Shown piece after piece: positions 28,702 through 38,728 of a DNA stretch of 40,729 bases (its first letter is position 1; each line of letters starts with the position of its first letter). The notes under the pieces were generated by a model. It ran no database searches and was not told the origin of the DNA. It was given only the letters and a program-made list of their open reading frames with translations. The stretch lies in the IMG/VR virus record IMGVR_UViG_3300005859_000002, positions 1-40,729 of that record; one strand, 5' to 3'. Position numbers and translations under genes: made by a program.

Positions 28702-29670
28702 ATGCCAGATATTATTGAAACACAACCCCAACTCTACTGCAAATCAATTTACCAAATTGCTAATTTATTAGCTCCTCCATCAAAATATTCTGTAATATCT
28801 TCAAAATTATGGAACGAAATTGTACAAGATTTATATCTAACATATAATGTTTTCGAATACATTAATTATTTAACACAATATCAGTATTTAAGAATTATAC
28901 CTTCAATAATTAATATATTTTATAATTCTGACCAATTCTTTAAACCGTACGAATTTACTTCAATTTTATATGCAAAAAAAGGAATATCGCTAACTGTAGA
29001 TGATTTTAATAAACTTATTGACGCAATTATAGAATTAGCTAATAAAAATAATATAAAATTGCAAAAAAGACTTTCTCATGTACAGCATGACCAAATTGTA
29101 AAATCTGAACAATTTTCAGATATAGTTTATGATATTAACCAATTCATAACTTTCAATTATAACCAATACTTTTTATTAGATTGTAATGGATATAAATTTA
29201 GTAACTTATTAAACTCCATAAAAACATTTTTAACTGTTTTGATTAATGAACTTAAAACAAGTATAACAGTTCTTACAAATACATATATTAAAAATTTTTT
29301 AATTAATAATAATAATCAAACAATTAATATATTTGGTTCAATAGATAAATTTTTAATCAATAAAAATTATGAGATAATTACAATAGATGATAATGCTTCT
29401 ATAAATATATTAAAAGTTGGCGTTAATACTTTGATAATTACAATTAATAATAACGCTTATATAAATACATTACATGTTGAAGTAAATTTTGGAAGTATTA
29501 TAATTAATAATAACTCTAACATAAACACATTAAGAATTAACGATAATGCAGATACAATTCAAATTAACGATAATGTAACAATTAAAAACTTTATTTGTGG
29601 TATAAATACTGGAAATGTAATTATTTCACCGAATGCAAAAATTATAAATAATCAATGTACTAAATCATAA
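28702..29670 (+). CDS. Protein with C-terminal beta-solenoid repeats (ORF309-like)
   Basis: About 20-aa Ile/Asn repeats such as INTLHVEVNFGSIIINNNSN. Confidence 0.75.
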   Translation: MPDIIETQPQLYCKSIYQIANLLAPPSKYSVISSKLWNEIVQDLYLTYNVFEYINYLTQYQYLRIIPSIINIFYNSDQFFKPYEFTSILYAKKGISLTVDDFNKLIDAIIELANKNNIKLQKRLSHVQHDQIVKSEQFSDIVYDINQFITFNYNQYFLLDCNGYKFSNLLNSIKTFLTVLINELKTSITVLTNTYIKNFLINNNNQTINIFGSIDKFLINKNYEIITIDDNASINILKVGVNTLIITINNNAYINTLHVEVNFGSIIINNNSNINTLRINDNADTIQINDNVTIKNFICGINTGNVIISPNAKIINNQCTKS

Positions 29671-30141
29671 ATGACAAAAAACAAATTCTCTATTATCTTC
29701 AGATATGAAAGTTAAAATTGTTCCGTAGAGTTTCTTCATCAATTGGAATCTATTTTCAGTCCAGTCATGAATTGCTATACAATATTGTTTATATTTTTGC
29801 AATTGTGAAACATCTAGATTTTTTTCACAGCCCTCACAGTCCATTATAAAAATATCTGTATTTGGATATATATTTCCTGACCATTCTCCATTAATCTCAA
29901 CTTTATCGCAAATATTAAATTCTTTACAAACTTTTTCTTTGAATTTCTTATTAAGTTCATCACTTTTTTCATAACCTATAATTTTTTTAGCACCTTTTAG
30001 CAAAAAGTATAAAGCTGAACTTCCACAGTCATTTCCAATAATTGTAATTGTTTTATCTTTTACTTCTAATTTTCCATAAGCCTGATCGAATTCATGCCAA
30101 TAACAACATTCCATTTTACAGAAATATTCTTTATAATTCAT
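29665..30141 (-). CDS. SAM-dependent methyltransferase (FkbM-like, SIRV ORF158-like)
   Basis: IIGNDCGSSALYF, IIGYE, MDCEGCE. Confidence 0.85.
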   Translation of the reverse strand: MNYKEYFCKMECCYWHEFDQAYGKLEVKDKTITIIGNDCGSSALYFLLKGAKKIIGYEKSDELNKKFKEKVCKEFNICDKVEINGEWSGNIYPNTDIFIMDCEGCEKNLDVSQLQKYKQYCIAIHDWTENRFQLMKKLYGTILTFISEDNREFVFCHL

Positions 30142-30149
30142 AATTTCAC

Positions 30150-31103
30150 CTAACTATTAATAATTTCAAACAATGCATAAACTTGACATTTTCCAGTTGC
30201 CCATGCATAAACATTTTTAGGATTATTAACATGAATTTCTAGCGAATCATTTGGCAAAATTGGAAAATTGTTATAAAGATTATTCCCAATATAGATGATA
30301 TAATTACTTAAATTCTGTAAAATTATTCTAACAGTTTCTAACGTTGAACCTGAATAAAGTGGAGCTGGTGTAGTTGAAACATCAAGCTGTAGACCTTGAA
30401 TTGTCGGCGGAGATAAATACAAACCTAATTTATTAATTGTATTAGCTAAACCTACAGTTGCTAAATATACATATGTAAGTGCATATTCGATAGAACCTGC
30501 AACAAAATAAATAGCATCTTGTATAGAAATTCCTAATCTTTTAGATATAGAATCTATTAATTCATAAAATGAAGTATAGAAATTTTGCAAATCTTCTTTT
30601 ATTATAGTTCTAGACTCTTCAACATTTGAAATTAAGTAATTTACAACATTATAAATTGTTTCGTATAAAGCTTCAGTATCTTTTGAAAGAATCGAGGTAA
30701 CAGTAGGTACTGCTACTATAATTTTCTGATAAATTTCTTCAGGTAATTGAGTAATTGAATAATATAATTGTTCATTTGAATTTATAATATCGTAAATTTG
30801 TTGTTGTGCAGTAGAAATAAATGCAGAGATATAAATTGGATCTTCTTCAGTTAGTACTGGCTGACCTGAAACATATACATCATTAGCAAAATTCCCTTGT
30901 AATGCGAAAATATTATTAGGAATGTATAAATTTCCATTTTTTAGAATTGAAGTAACTGCATTTCCACCAGTTTCATATAATTGAATTAAAAGAAGATTCG
31001 CTGTGTTCCACATTGCAGATGTTAATCTTTGGAAAGGTGAAGCTAATAATTCTGAAATAGATGTATAATTAACGCTCACATCATTTTTATCTAAATACGA
31101 CAT
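30150..31103 (-). CDS. Conserved rudiviral protein (ORF269-like)
   Basis: 317 aa; LLASPFQRLTSAMWN; synteny. Confidence 0.75.
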   Translation of the reverse strand: MSYLDKNDVSVNYTSISELLASPFQRLTSAMWNTANLLLIQLYETGGNAVTSILKNGNLYIPNNIFALQGNFANDVYVSGQPVLTEEDPIYISAFISTAQQQIYDIINSNEQLYYSITQLPEEIYQKIIVAVPTVTSILSKDTEALYETIYNVVNYLISNVEESRTIIKEDLQNFYTSFYELIDSISKRLGISIQDAIYFVAGSIEYALTYVYLATVGLANTINKLGLYLSPPTIQGLQLDVSTTPAPLYSGSTLETVRIILQNLSNYIIYIGNNLYNNFPILPNDSLEIHVNNPKNVYAWATGKCQVYALFEIINS

Positions 31104-31210
31104 AAAAAACTATTCTCAACTTATATGTCATATTATGTATATTATGTGTTCTAATTGTTCTCCTAATGAGTAAATATAACTAATATTTGTCATAATTTCA
31201 GAATAATGTT

Positions 31211-31816
31211 ATGAAAGTCTTCACATTTGCAGGATTTACAAAACATTTACTTGAACTGGATTTTGATTACGTTGTAGTCTATAAAACATTTAATGATTTA
31301 ACTCCTGAATTAAACGAAAAATTTGCAAATAAGATAATTTGGAATGAAACTAAGAGTAATATAAGATGGATAAGAATTGCAAAACAACTGTTAAAAATTC
31401 TAGATGTAGCAAAAAATGAAAATGATGACAAATTTGCAATTATAGACAGTGACTTAATAGTTCCAAAAATTAGAGAAGTAGACCCTCAAAATAGAATATT
31501 ATCATTATGTTATTGGCTTTATTACGATTGGGCAAATGAGATTAGACCATTTTGTTCAGGAACAAATTACATATTCAATAAAAAACATATTCCAGTTTTA
31601 GAAACTATATTAAACTTATACATAGAAAAAGAATATTATAAAGAATTTCCAGTTGATATATTTCTACATGATCATATTTCTCATTTGAACATATTGAAAC
31701 TTGGAACTATTCATTATATAAAAAATCCAGAGGGAGAAAAGAAAATGGAATTTAAATTTGAAGACATATCTAAAGTGTTTAAGCATATTCCTGAATTTGT
31801 TTTAATTAGCTGGTGA
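31211..31816 (+). CDS. GT-A-like glycosyltransferase
   Basis: IIDSD (DxD) motif; adjacent to a GT4 gene. Confidence 0.7.
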   Translation: MKVFTFAGFTKHLLELDFDYVVVYKTFNDLTPELNEKFANKIIWNETKSNIRWIRIAKQLLKILDVAKNENDDKFAIIDSDLIVPKIREVDPQNRILSLCYWLYYDWANEIRPFCSGTNYIFNKKHIPVLETILNLYIEKEYYKEFPVDIFLHDHISHLNILKLGTIHYIKNPEGEKKMEFKFEDISKVFKHIPEFVLISW

Positions 31817-31823
31817 GATCAAA

Positions 31824-32888
31824 ATGCAGAAACCAATTTATTACGTTTATCCACAACATCATGATGTTTCATTCAAATTCGTAGCTAGAGAACATATAAA
31901 AATGCTAAAAGAAAAATATTTAGTTTATGAAATTCCTGCTTTATCATTTTATCAATTTACGCCTTTTAGAAACCCAATATCAATAATTCATCCCTTCTTT
32001 TATTCAATGTGGAAATGGACAAACGTGGAATTTTCATTTTTTAAAAAATATAGATCAAAAGTTAGCGAAATAATTGGAGTTGAAGTAGCTGATTCTGACA
32101 AAATTTCCGAAAAATTCGTAGATTATGCTAATAACCTAGCTGATAAAATAATTGTAAATTCGGAATGGTCAAAAAACGCGTTTAAAAATTCTGGATTAAA
32201 AATTCCAATTTATAAAGTTGTACATAATTTTAATGAAAGACTTCTAGCTGATGATAATGAACTAAAAGTTGATGATCAACTTAAATATATTGAAAAAGTC
32301 AAGAAAGAGAAGAAAATTAAGCTAATAATGATATCTCTTTGGCATTCAGATTTTCGAAAAGGAGCTGATATTTTTCACGTAATAGCAAAAGAAATTCAAA
32401 AAGAAAGAGATGATATTTATTTTCTAGTAAAAAGTGGCGGAGCTAGAACAGATTTTAAAGATATAAAAATGTTCAACTTAACAGGAAATACTGATTTTGA
32501 TAATATAATAAAAATGTATAGAATTTCAGATTTGTATTTATTAACTTCAAGAGGCGGAAGTTTTGAATTAAACGGTTTAGAAGCGTTCGTTTCCAAAATT
32601 CCAACGATTGCGACAAAAGACGGTGCATGGGAAGAATATTTTCCAAATGAGTTAAAAGATTTACTAGTTGAACCTTGTGATCGTCCAACTGTTCTTCCAA
32701 ATAATTCAATACATATCGGTCAAGGAGTTCAAATGTGTATAAATGAAGCAGTTGAGAAAATACTAAATGTCCTAGATAATTATGACAAATATAAATCTAA
32801 AATTGAAGAGTATTACAACTTCTGGATTGAAAATTTCAGTTATGAAAGTGTTAAAAAACAACTTTTTAATGCTTTAGAATCAAGCTAA
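31824..32888 (+). CDS. GT-B (GT4) glycosyltransferase
   Basis: RKGAD and TSRGGSFELNGLEA. Confidence 0.92.
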   Translation: MQKPIYYVYPQHHDVSFKFVAREHIKMLKEKYLVYEIPALSFYQFTPFRNPISIIHPFFYSMWKWTNVEFSFFKKYRSKVSEIIGVEVADSDKISEKFVDYANNLADKIIVNSEWSKNAFKNSGLKIPIYKVVHNFNERLLADDNELKVDDQLKYIEKVKKEKKIKLIMISLWHSDFRKGADIFHVIAKEIQKERDDIYFLVKSGGARTDFKDIKMFNLTGNTDFDNIIKMYRISDLYLLTSRGGSFELNGLEAFVSKIPTIATKDGAWEEYFPNELKDLLVEPCDRPTVLPNNSIHIGQGVQMCINEAVEKILNVLDNYDKYKSKIEEYYNFWIENFSYESVKKQLFNALESS

Positions 32889-33118
32889 GAATTTTCTAAA
32901 TTCTTCTTTTTTCGTTCAGAAACTAAATTAGAATATAATTCATCCGCATATTTTTTATCAGTTCCTTTATAAACTGTTTCGATATATTCACTATTTTCAT
33001 TTTTCCTTAAACCAACTAAAAACTCTGGATTTTTCTTATGCCTAAAACATTTTCCAAATATTACTCCTAGTTCTTCTTTTTCAAGTGTGTACATACATTG
33101 AGTTTCAAAACTTGTCAT
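32885..33118 (-). CDS. Hypothetical protein
   Basis: 77 aa; GTGA RBS. Confidence 0.65.
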   Translation of the reverse strand: MTSFETQCMYTLEKEELGVIFGKCFRHKKNPEFLVGLRKNENSEYIETVYKGTDKKYADELYSNLVSERKKKNLENS

Positions 33119-33125
33119 ATTTTTA

Positions 33126-33491
33126 TCACATTCTTTTTAATAACTTTTCAAAGTCTTCTAAAACTTTATCCGCTTCTGAAAAATTCATATTAAATAACTT
33201 ATCTGCAAATTTTCCGCAAAAATCGGCAATTTTCAAGTTCTGTAGCACTTCTTCAATAATCTTAATATCGAATTTTCCAGTTTTTTCAACTAAAGTGTAA
33301 ACTTTTCCTGCAATTTCTTCAGTATTGAATTTTTCAAATTTTATAGTGGTACTATCTTTATCATATTTGGCAACAATCTCGTCCTTATTTAGGATTATTT
33401 GTAGCACATATTCATTTTCTACAATTATTTTAGCTTTATTATCGTTAAATTTTACTTTTGTAGTTGAATTATAATTTATAGTTGCACTCAT
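33126..33491 (-). CDS. Hypothetical protein
   Basis: Start moved to MSAT at 33491, after TATATGTCATA motif near 33509. Confidence 0.7.
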   Translation of the reverse strand: MSATINYNSTTKVKFNDNKAKIIVENEYVLQIILNKDEIVAKYDKDSTTIKFEKFNTEEIAGKVYTLVEKTGKFDIKIIEEVLQNLKIADFCGKFADKLFNMNFSEADKVLEDFEKLLKRM

Positions 33492-33574
33492 AGTTAGCTG
33501 ATAAGTTTTATGACATATATATCTCTTTAAATTTATGATAAGAATTAAATTGGTCATAAAAACTGTTCCAAATA

Positions 33575-34768
33575 ATGGAATTGGAAAGAAAAAGTTCTGG
33601 ATTTTTAAAAAGCTTCTCAACACTAGATGTTTTTTCAATTAATCTACTTTATATGGGAATTTTAAGCGGAATTAGTTATCCCCTTTTTGTATCAAGCTTA
33701 CTAAAATCTGTAAATTTGTTACTTGCAGTTTTAATAGGTGCAATTTTCGAAATTCCATTATTAGTAATGTATTATATGCTAACTAAGAAAATTCCAATAA
33801 ATGGAGGAGATTATGCATATATTCGTTCAGCATTTTCTCCGAAGTTTTATACAGTTTTCGGAATTTCACTATGGCTAATTTATGTATTTTCAGCACCAGT
33901 GTTAGCTAATCTAGTTCTCATGAATTTCAATATCTCAATAATTGACAAATTCTTTATTTCGGAACTATTATTTGGAACTGCCCTAATTACAATAACTAGA
34001 AAATCAATTTACGCTTATATAGTAGATGCATTAGCTATATTGCAAATAATCGTAGCTCTGTTTTTGCCAATTTCAAGTTTTCATTTTCAAATTCAAAACT
34101 TCACAATATCGAATACTGTTCTTTCAGCATTGCTATTTGATTTATCCATGTTCATATTTCTAAATGCAATTAGTTACATAGCTGGAGAAATAAAAAGCAT
34201 AAGCAGAAACGTAAAAATTGGCTATTTTGCAAGTTATTTAACAGTTGCAGTATTAGCAATTTTTGATAGTTATTCAAACCTAGATATATTACTTGCTTTA
34301 TTCCCAATTTGGTATATGAGCTATATTTTTATCACAACAATGATTCAAAGTCGTTTAGTTCAAAATTTAGCATTTGACAGAGTTTTACCTGAAAAATTCG
34401 CAAAGATAACCCCAAATGTCTTACTATTGATTTTTGTAGCTGATACAATTACAAATGTTCTAGAAAACTTGCTGAACTTTTCAATTTCATTTGGTTTTGA
34501 CGGCTTATTATTCATCTTTTGGAATTTCCTAATTGTTAGTTTAGCATTCCTAAAATTGACAAATAACAAATTAGTATTTTCAATAGCAATATCTAGCTTA
34601 ATCTTACAAATCTTTCTATTCTTCTACTTAGGAATTCAGAATAGTATATTTTACAACTTTGTAATTCAAGGAAATACATTATTTACGATATTAAGAATAT
34701 TAATAATACCTACTATCGGTGCAATTATTTACTTACTTAGAAGAAAAACTATAAACGTAGATCTGTAA
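33575..34768 (+). CDS. APC-family amino-acid permease-like transporter
   Basis: About 11-12 TM segments; PINGGDYAYI, AGEIK, LAFDRVLP. Confidence 0.88.
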   Translation: MELERKSSGFLKSFSTLDVFSINLLYMGILSGISYPLFVSSLLKSVNLLLAVLIGAIFEIPLLVMYYMLTKKIPINGGDYAYIRSAFSPKFYTVFGISLWLIYVFSAPVLANLVLMNFNISIIDKFFISELLFGTALITITRKSIYAYIVDALAILQIIVALFLPISSFHFQIQNFTISNTVLSALLFDLSMFIFLNAISYIAGEIKSISRNVKIGYFASYLTVAVLAIFDSYSNLDILLALFPIWYMSYIFITTMIQSRLVQNLAFDRVLPEKFAKITPNVLLLIFVADTITNVLENLLNFSISFGFDGLLFIFWNFLIVSLAFLKLTNNKLVFSIAISSLILQIFLFFYLGIQNSIFYNFVIQGNTLFTILRILIIPTIGAIIYLLRRKTINVDL

Positions 34769-35661
34769 TGAAGCTAATATTCGGCGTTAATACGTCCAAT
34801 AGTTATCTCTTTAAAACTAAATTTCCAGTTTTAATAAATCAACTAAAATTAAAAGAAATAAAATGGAGAAATGAAACTTGGGTTGATAGTGGCGGGTTTC
34901 AAATAATTTCACATAATCTAAAGATTTCTGTAGATGATGTTCTAAAAAAGTATAAAAATGTTAGTGCTTATGCATTTTTTTCGCTCGATATTCCTAGTGT
35001 TTTTTCGTCAATAGATAAAAGAAATTTCGAATATTTTGAGTATCTCTATACAAAAATAGAATCAATTGAGAAAATCATACCTGTACTTCATATTTATCCT
35101 ATAAAAGATCTAGATGAAGCTATAGATTTCTATAAACAATATAGTTATTATTTCGCAATTGGTGCAATAATGACTTCTAGTAAATTGAAAGTTTTGAAAT
35201 ATGCAATTCCGTGGATTTATTATGTAAAAAAGAAAGTTCCGTATCTTCATGTTCTAGGCATGTCTTCTCCATATTTTTTGCAGATTTTTAACAATATGCA
35301 AAGTATGGATACTGCAATTTGTTCAACAATTTCTTCTTTCAAAGAAATAATTTGGTTTGACGCTTCTAGAAGATACGTCGGAAATATGAAAACTCCGAGA
35401 GAAAGATATAGAATAAAAAAAGAAGAAGCAGAAGAACTTTTCAAATTTTTAGATAAGAATAACTTCCTATTCGAATATAACTTAGAAGATAGTAAAATTT
35501 TAGAAATGATAAATGCGTATATGTTACTATATAATAACTGGAGAATTGAAAATAAGTATACAGAATACGCAGAGAGAATAAGAAGAATGAGTTTAGACAG
35601 ACTAACGATAGAACTAATAAGAAATTATAAAATCGGGAAAGAAATATTATTAAAAAAGTGA
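34768..35661 (+). CDS. tRNA-guanine transglycosylase / DpdA-like protein
   Basis: VDSGGFQ, SLDIP, LHVLG, SMDT; TAATG overlap with the permease. Confidence 0.85.
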   Translation: MKLIFGVNTSNSYLFKTKFPVLINQLKLKEIKWRNETWVDSGGFQIISHNLKISVDDVLKKYKNVSAYAFFSLDIPSVFSSIDKRNFEYFEYLYTKIESIEKIIPVLHIYPIKDLDEAIDFYKQYSYYFAIGAIMTSSKLKVLKYAIPWIYYVKKKVPYLHVLGMSSPYFLQIFNNMQSMDTAICSTISSFKEIIWFDASRRYVGNMKTPRERYRIKKEEAEELFKFLDKNNFLFEYNLEDSKILEMINAYMLLYNNWRIENKYTEYAERIRRMSLDRLTIELIRNYKIGKEILLKK

Positions 35662-35693
35662 TAAAAATTATCGATAAAAAAAGAAAGAAAAAT

Positions 35694-36518
35694 TTAGTCT
35701 GCTGTCTCAGTCCTGGGTCTTCTGTGACTGAACAGATACAGTTCTTTAGACGCTAAACTTACTGTCATCTCTTCATGATCAGGCGAAAATAACTTTGTCT
35801 GCACTGATTCATAGTTTTGATTATAAATAAGTTGTGCGTTTCCGCCAAACACATTTATATCGAATTTTATAACTTCTTTGTTAAAATTTACTGTATGATT
35901 GTATATATATATATCAGTAACTTTTTCAAAATGCAAGGCTTTAGGTAACTTAGGAATCCAGCTTACGTAAAGATGTCCCTGCTGAGCCTCTAATGGGAAT
36001 TTCAATATCTTCCCCTTGATAAATTTGTTAAATATTGATACATTATAATTGTCATAACTTATTAATATCTCCTGTTTATTCGGATCTATCTCTAAATTCT
36101 GCGTTATTTCAGAATCTTGCAATAACTGCCCTAACATTATTTGTTTAACTAGCCAGTCTATCCCATTAAGACTTCTAGTCATCTTTCTCGTAGAATTTAT
36201 AGATAATATCGGATTAGTAGTGACACGATAAATGCCCCTTGCATCTTTTAATTCGCCGTTTTTATACTGCATACAACCTTGGAATGTCATGCTTGATCTC
36301 GAAACGTATTGGGAGCAGTTAATATAATTATTATCTAAAGCAATTTTAACATAGCTGTAACCGTCGATAAAAACCTTAGGTAATTGAGTAAACACGTGTT
36401 CTGTAGTAGCAGTTATATGCCTTGCATACATCGAATTAAATATTTCCTCTTCCTGACTTAACTTACTTTCTTCTTGACTTGAAATTTCTTGAACTTGACT
36501 TTCTTTTTCTTCTGACAT
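35694..36518 (-). CDS. acrIIIB1: Anti-CRISPR AcrIIIB1 homologue (SIRV2 gp48-like)
   Basis: ALDNNYINC...SRSSMTFQGC, FPLEAQQGHL, IYNH, SPDH, LFSHRRPR correspond to remembered AcrIIIB1 motifs. Confidence 0.82.
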   Translation of the reverse strand: MSEEKESQVQEISSQEESKLSQEEEIFNSMYARHITATTEHVFTQLPKVFIDGYSYVKIALDNNYINCSQYVSRSSMTFQGCMQYKNGELKDARGIYRVTTNPILSINSTRKMTRSLNGIDWLVKQIMLGQLLQDSEITQNLEIDPNKQEILISYDNYNVSIFNKFIKGKILKFPLEAQQGHLYVSWIPKLPKALHFEKVTDIYIYNHTVNFNKEVIKFDINVFGGNAQLIYNQNYESVQTKLFSPDHEEMTVSLASKELYLFSHRRPRTETAD

Positions 36519-36553
36519 ATCTAAACCCCTAATATCTATTCTATAAGAACGAG

Positions 36554-36569
36554 TTAATAAAGTTTTCTT
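36554..36569 (-). promoter_or_regulatory. Strong BRE-TATA (early-type) promoter of the acrIIIB1 homologue
   Basis: AAGAAAACTTTATTAA on the minus strand. Confidence 0.8.
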
Positions 36570-36605
36570 TATCTTTTTAGATCTCTACCTATCGTTATCT
36601 TTACG

Positions 36606-37127
36606 TTAGTTATCGCTGATAATTTTTTCTAACTTCTGACCAAATTTAGCTTTTATCTCATCAGTCGATAATATTTGATATACTTTTTCGCTAAGAAATT
36701 CAGAAATTATATCAATATCTTTTTCTTCAAAATCACCAATAATACAGTCTTTAAGATGATTTTTATAATTTATTATTTTATCTAGATAAAATTCGGCAAT
36801 TTTCTTTTTCTCTTCTATCGAAAAATTAAACTCTACAGTAATTTCTTTAAAAGTGTAATCTGATCCATCTACTCTTTTATGCAGACCTACAGTGATTTCA
36901 GAATTCTCCATAAATGAATTAAATAATTTTTCAGATTTATCCTTATTGAAACTTTGCAAACACCACTCGTCTTTTTCTAAATCTTCAGCAATTGTATCGA
37001 TTAATGTCTCAATTAGAATTTCCCTAAAATTAGTGTGGCATTTCTCGTAAAATTCGTCGGCTCGAAGAGAAGAAAAAATATTTTTACTAAATTTTTCTAA
37101 ATCTATTTCTCTTAATAAGGCAGTCAT
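36606..37127 (-). CDS. Acidic hypothetical protein
   Basis: 173 aa; GTCATA promoter near 37153, GAGG RBS. Confidence 0.75.
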   Translation of the reverse strand: MTALLREIDLEKFSKNIFSSLRADEFYEKCHTNFREILIETLIDTIAEDLEKDEWCLQSFNKDKSEKLFNSFMENSEITVGLHKRVDGSDYTFKEITVEFNFSIEEKKKIAEFYLDKIINYKNHLKDCIIGDFEEKDIDIISEFLSEKVYQILSTDEIKAKFGQKLEKIISDN

Positions 37128-37278
37128 AATGCCTCGATTTTTATTTTTTTGTATGACATATTTATGCTCCTTTCATTAAATATAGTCAATGAAATTTTAA
37201 AACAGAATTGAGAAAAATAATCAATAGAAATAGAAAATAGAAACTAGAAAATAAAAAAATGGAAATAATAGAAAAAAA

Positions 37279-37584
37279 TTATTGTTTTTTAGCTTCTAAG
37301 TAGAGCTTTATTGCGTATTTAATTAGATCCAATCCATAAAAATCTTTCTCTGTATCAACTTCAGCACTTTTTTCATCATGATCGAAGACGTATCTCAATT
37401 TAAATTCATTATCATAAACTAAAAAAATATCAACAACCTTATATCCAACATCTTCAAAATCGTCGTCATCATCATAAACAAATCCCGCATCTTCCAATTC
37501 TTTTGGTGTTAAAGAGACTAAAAAAACGGATCCTTTTTCTTTTGCTTCTCTCAAGAGTTTTTCTACCTCTTCTTCTATGCCCAT
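37279..37584 (-). CDS. Highly acidic early protein, candidate Acr/DNA mimic
   Basis: About 28 of 101 residues D/E; GAGAAAACTTTAAATA promoter at 37620-37635. Confidence 0.75.
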   Translation of the reverse strand: MGIEEEVEKLLREAKEKGSVFLVSLTPKELEDAGFVYDDDDDFEDVGYKVVDIFLVYDNEFKLRYVFDHDEKSAEVDTEKDFYGLDLIKYAIKLYLEAKKQ

Positions 37585-37759
37585 TTTTCTTACCTTATCC
37601 TAACCTCTTTAGCTATTACTATTTAAAGTTTTCTCTAAACTTTTAGATATCTAACCTTTTATCTTTTATTTGGTTTAAACTAGAAATATTAAAACAGTTT
37701 TGAGAAAAATTATCAATAATCTAAGCCAAAAATACAAATAAAAAATAAAAAAATAAAAC

Positions 37760-37972
37760 TTAATCAGGTGTGAAAATTCTTAAAAAATATTGGTTTAAAA
37801 AAAGCTTTTTCTCTTTATGTAGAGATACTAAAATATATTCTTTTTTTGTCACAAAATAATAAGACTTCTCATCGATAACGTAAAATGTTTTAAAATCAGA
37901 ACTGTTTTTAAAAAAGGACAAAAGTTCCATAAACTTATTTTTATTTATTCTAATTGTAACTTCCTCTTTCAT
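37760..37972 (-). CDS. Small early protein
   Basis: GAGAAAGTTTTAAATA promoter at 38004-38019. Confidence 0.65.
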   Translation of the reverse strand: MKEEVTIRINKNKFMELLSFFKNSSDFKTFYVIDEKSYYFVTKKEYILVSLHKEKKLFLNQYFLRIFTPD

Positions 37973-38145
37973 CTTGCGTCATTATTACTCTTATCCTCAT
38001 CGCTATTTAAAACTTTCTCTATTTCTTTATCTCTCTATCTCTCGTTCTTTCTACCGATGAACCTTCAAAAAACCCGTCATCTGTCACATGAAAATCTACA
38101 AAAAACTTTATATATCTAAATCTCTAAAACATAATTAGATGTTAT

Positions 38146-38505
38146 ATGAGTGGAGAAGAGATAGAGAAAAGATGGAATTTAATAGGAGTAATAATTAAAA
38201 ATTTAACAAGAAATCAAATAAAAACGCTATTAACACAAATATTTGAAATTGATGAAATGCCTAACGTCATCGCAGTAAACAGAAAAAGCAGGAAAATAGA
38301 AGGTTTCGTGATGCTAAAGAAAAAAATGCTGAGATACGAAATACAATTTTTTGCGTTAGAACCTATAGATGAAATCATAGTATCATTAGGACAAGGTTAT
38401 TTGAAAATACAATTAATAGAAAAGATAGTAATTGAAGAAAAAGGAAATTGTATTGAAGTTTATTTGAAAAACAATAAGCAATATCTTTTTAGCGTATTTT
38501 TATAA
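38146..38505 (+). CDS. Hypothetical protein
   Basis: 119 aa; AAAAACTTTATATA promoter at about 38101. Confidence 0.7.
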   Translation: MSGEEIEKRWNLIGVIIKNLTRNQIKTLLTQIFEIDEMPNVIAVNRKSRKIEGFVMLKKKMLRYEIQFFALEPIDEIIVSLGQGYLKIQLIEKIVIEEKGNCIEVYLKNNKQYLFSVFL

Positions 38506-38728
38506 CCCTGAAGCTATTTTCTTTTTTTTATTCCTCATTTTTCTCAACTTCTAAATAATTTTTCATAACTTTTTCTATCTCTTCATCTTTCTAACGCTTA
38601 GAATCAGCCTTAGAAATTCCTCTATATCTTCAAATTCTATAACATTCCTGATAAAAATAATTGATGAAAATAGAAACAGAAAATAAAAAATAATAAAATA
38701 AAAAGAAAAACTAAAAAAATAAGGAAAA

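Noticed and set aside
32473-35444. ORFs 32473-32709, 33085-33300, 34360-34569, 35247-35444
   Set aside because: Antisense shadows of glycosyltransferase, hypothetical, permease and TGT genes.
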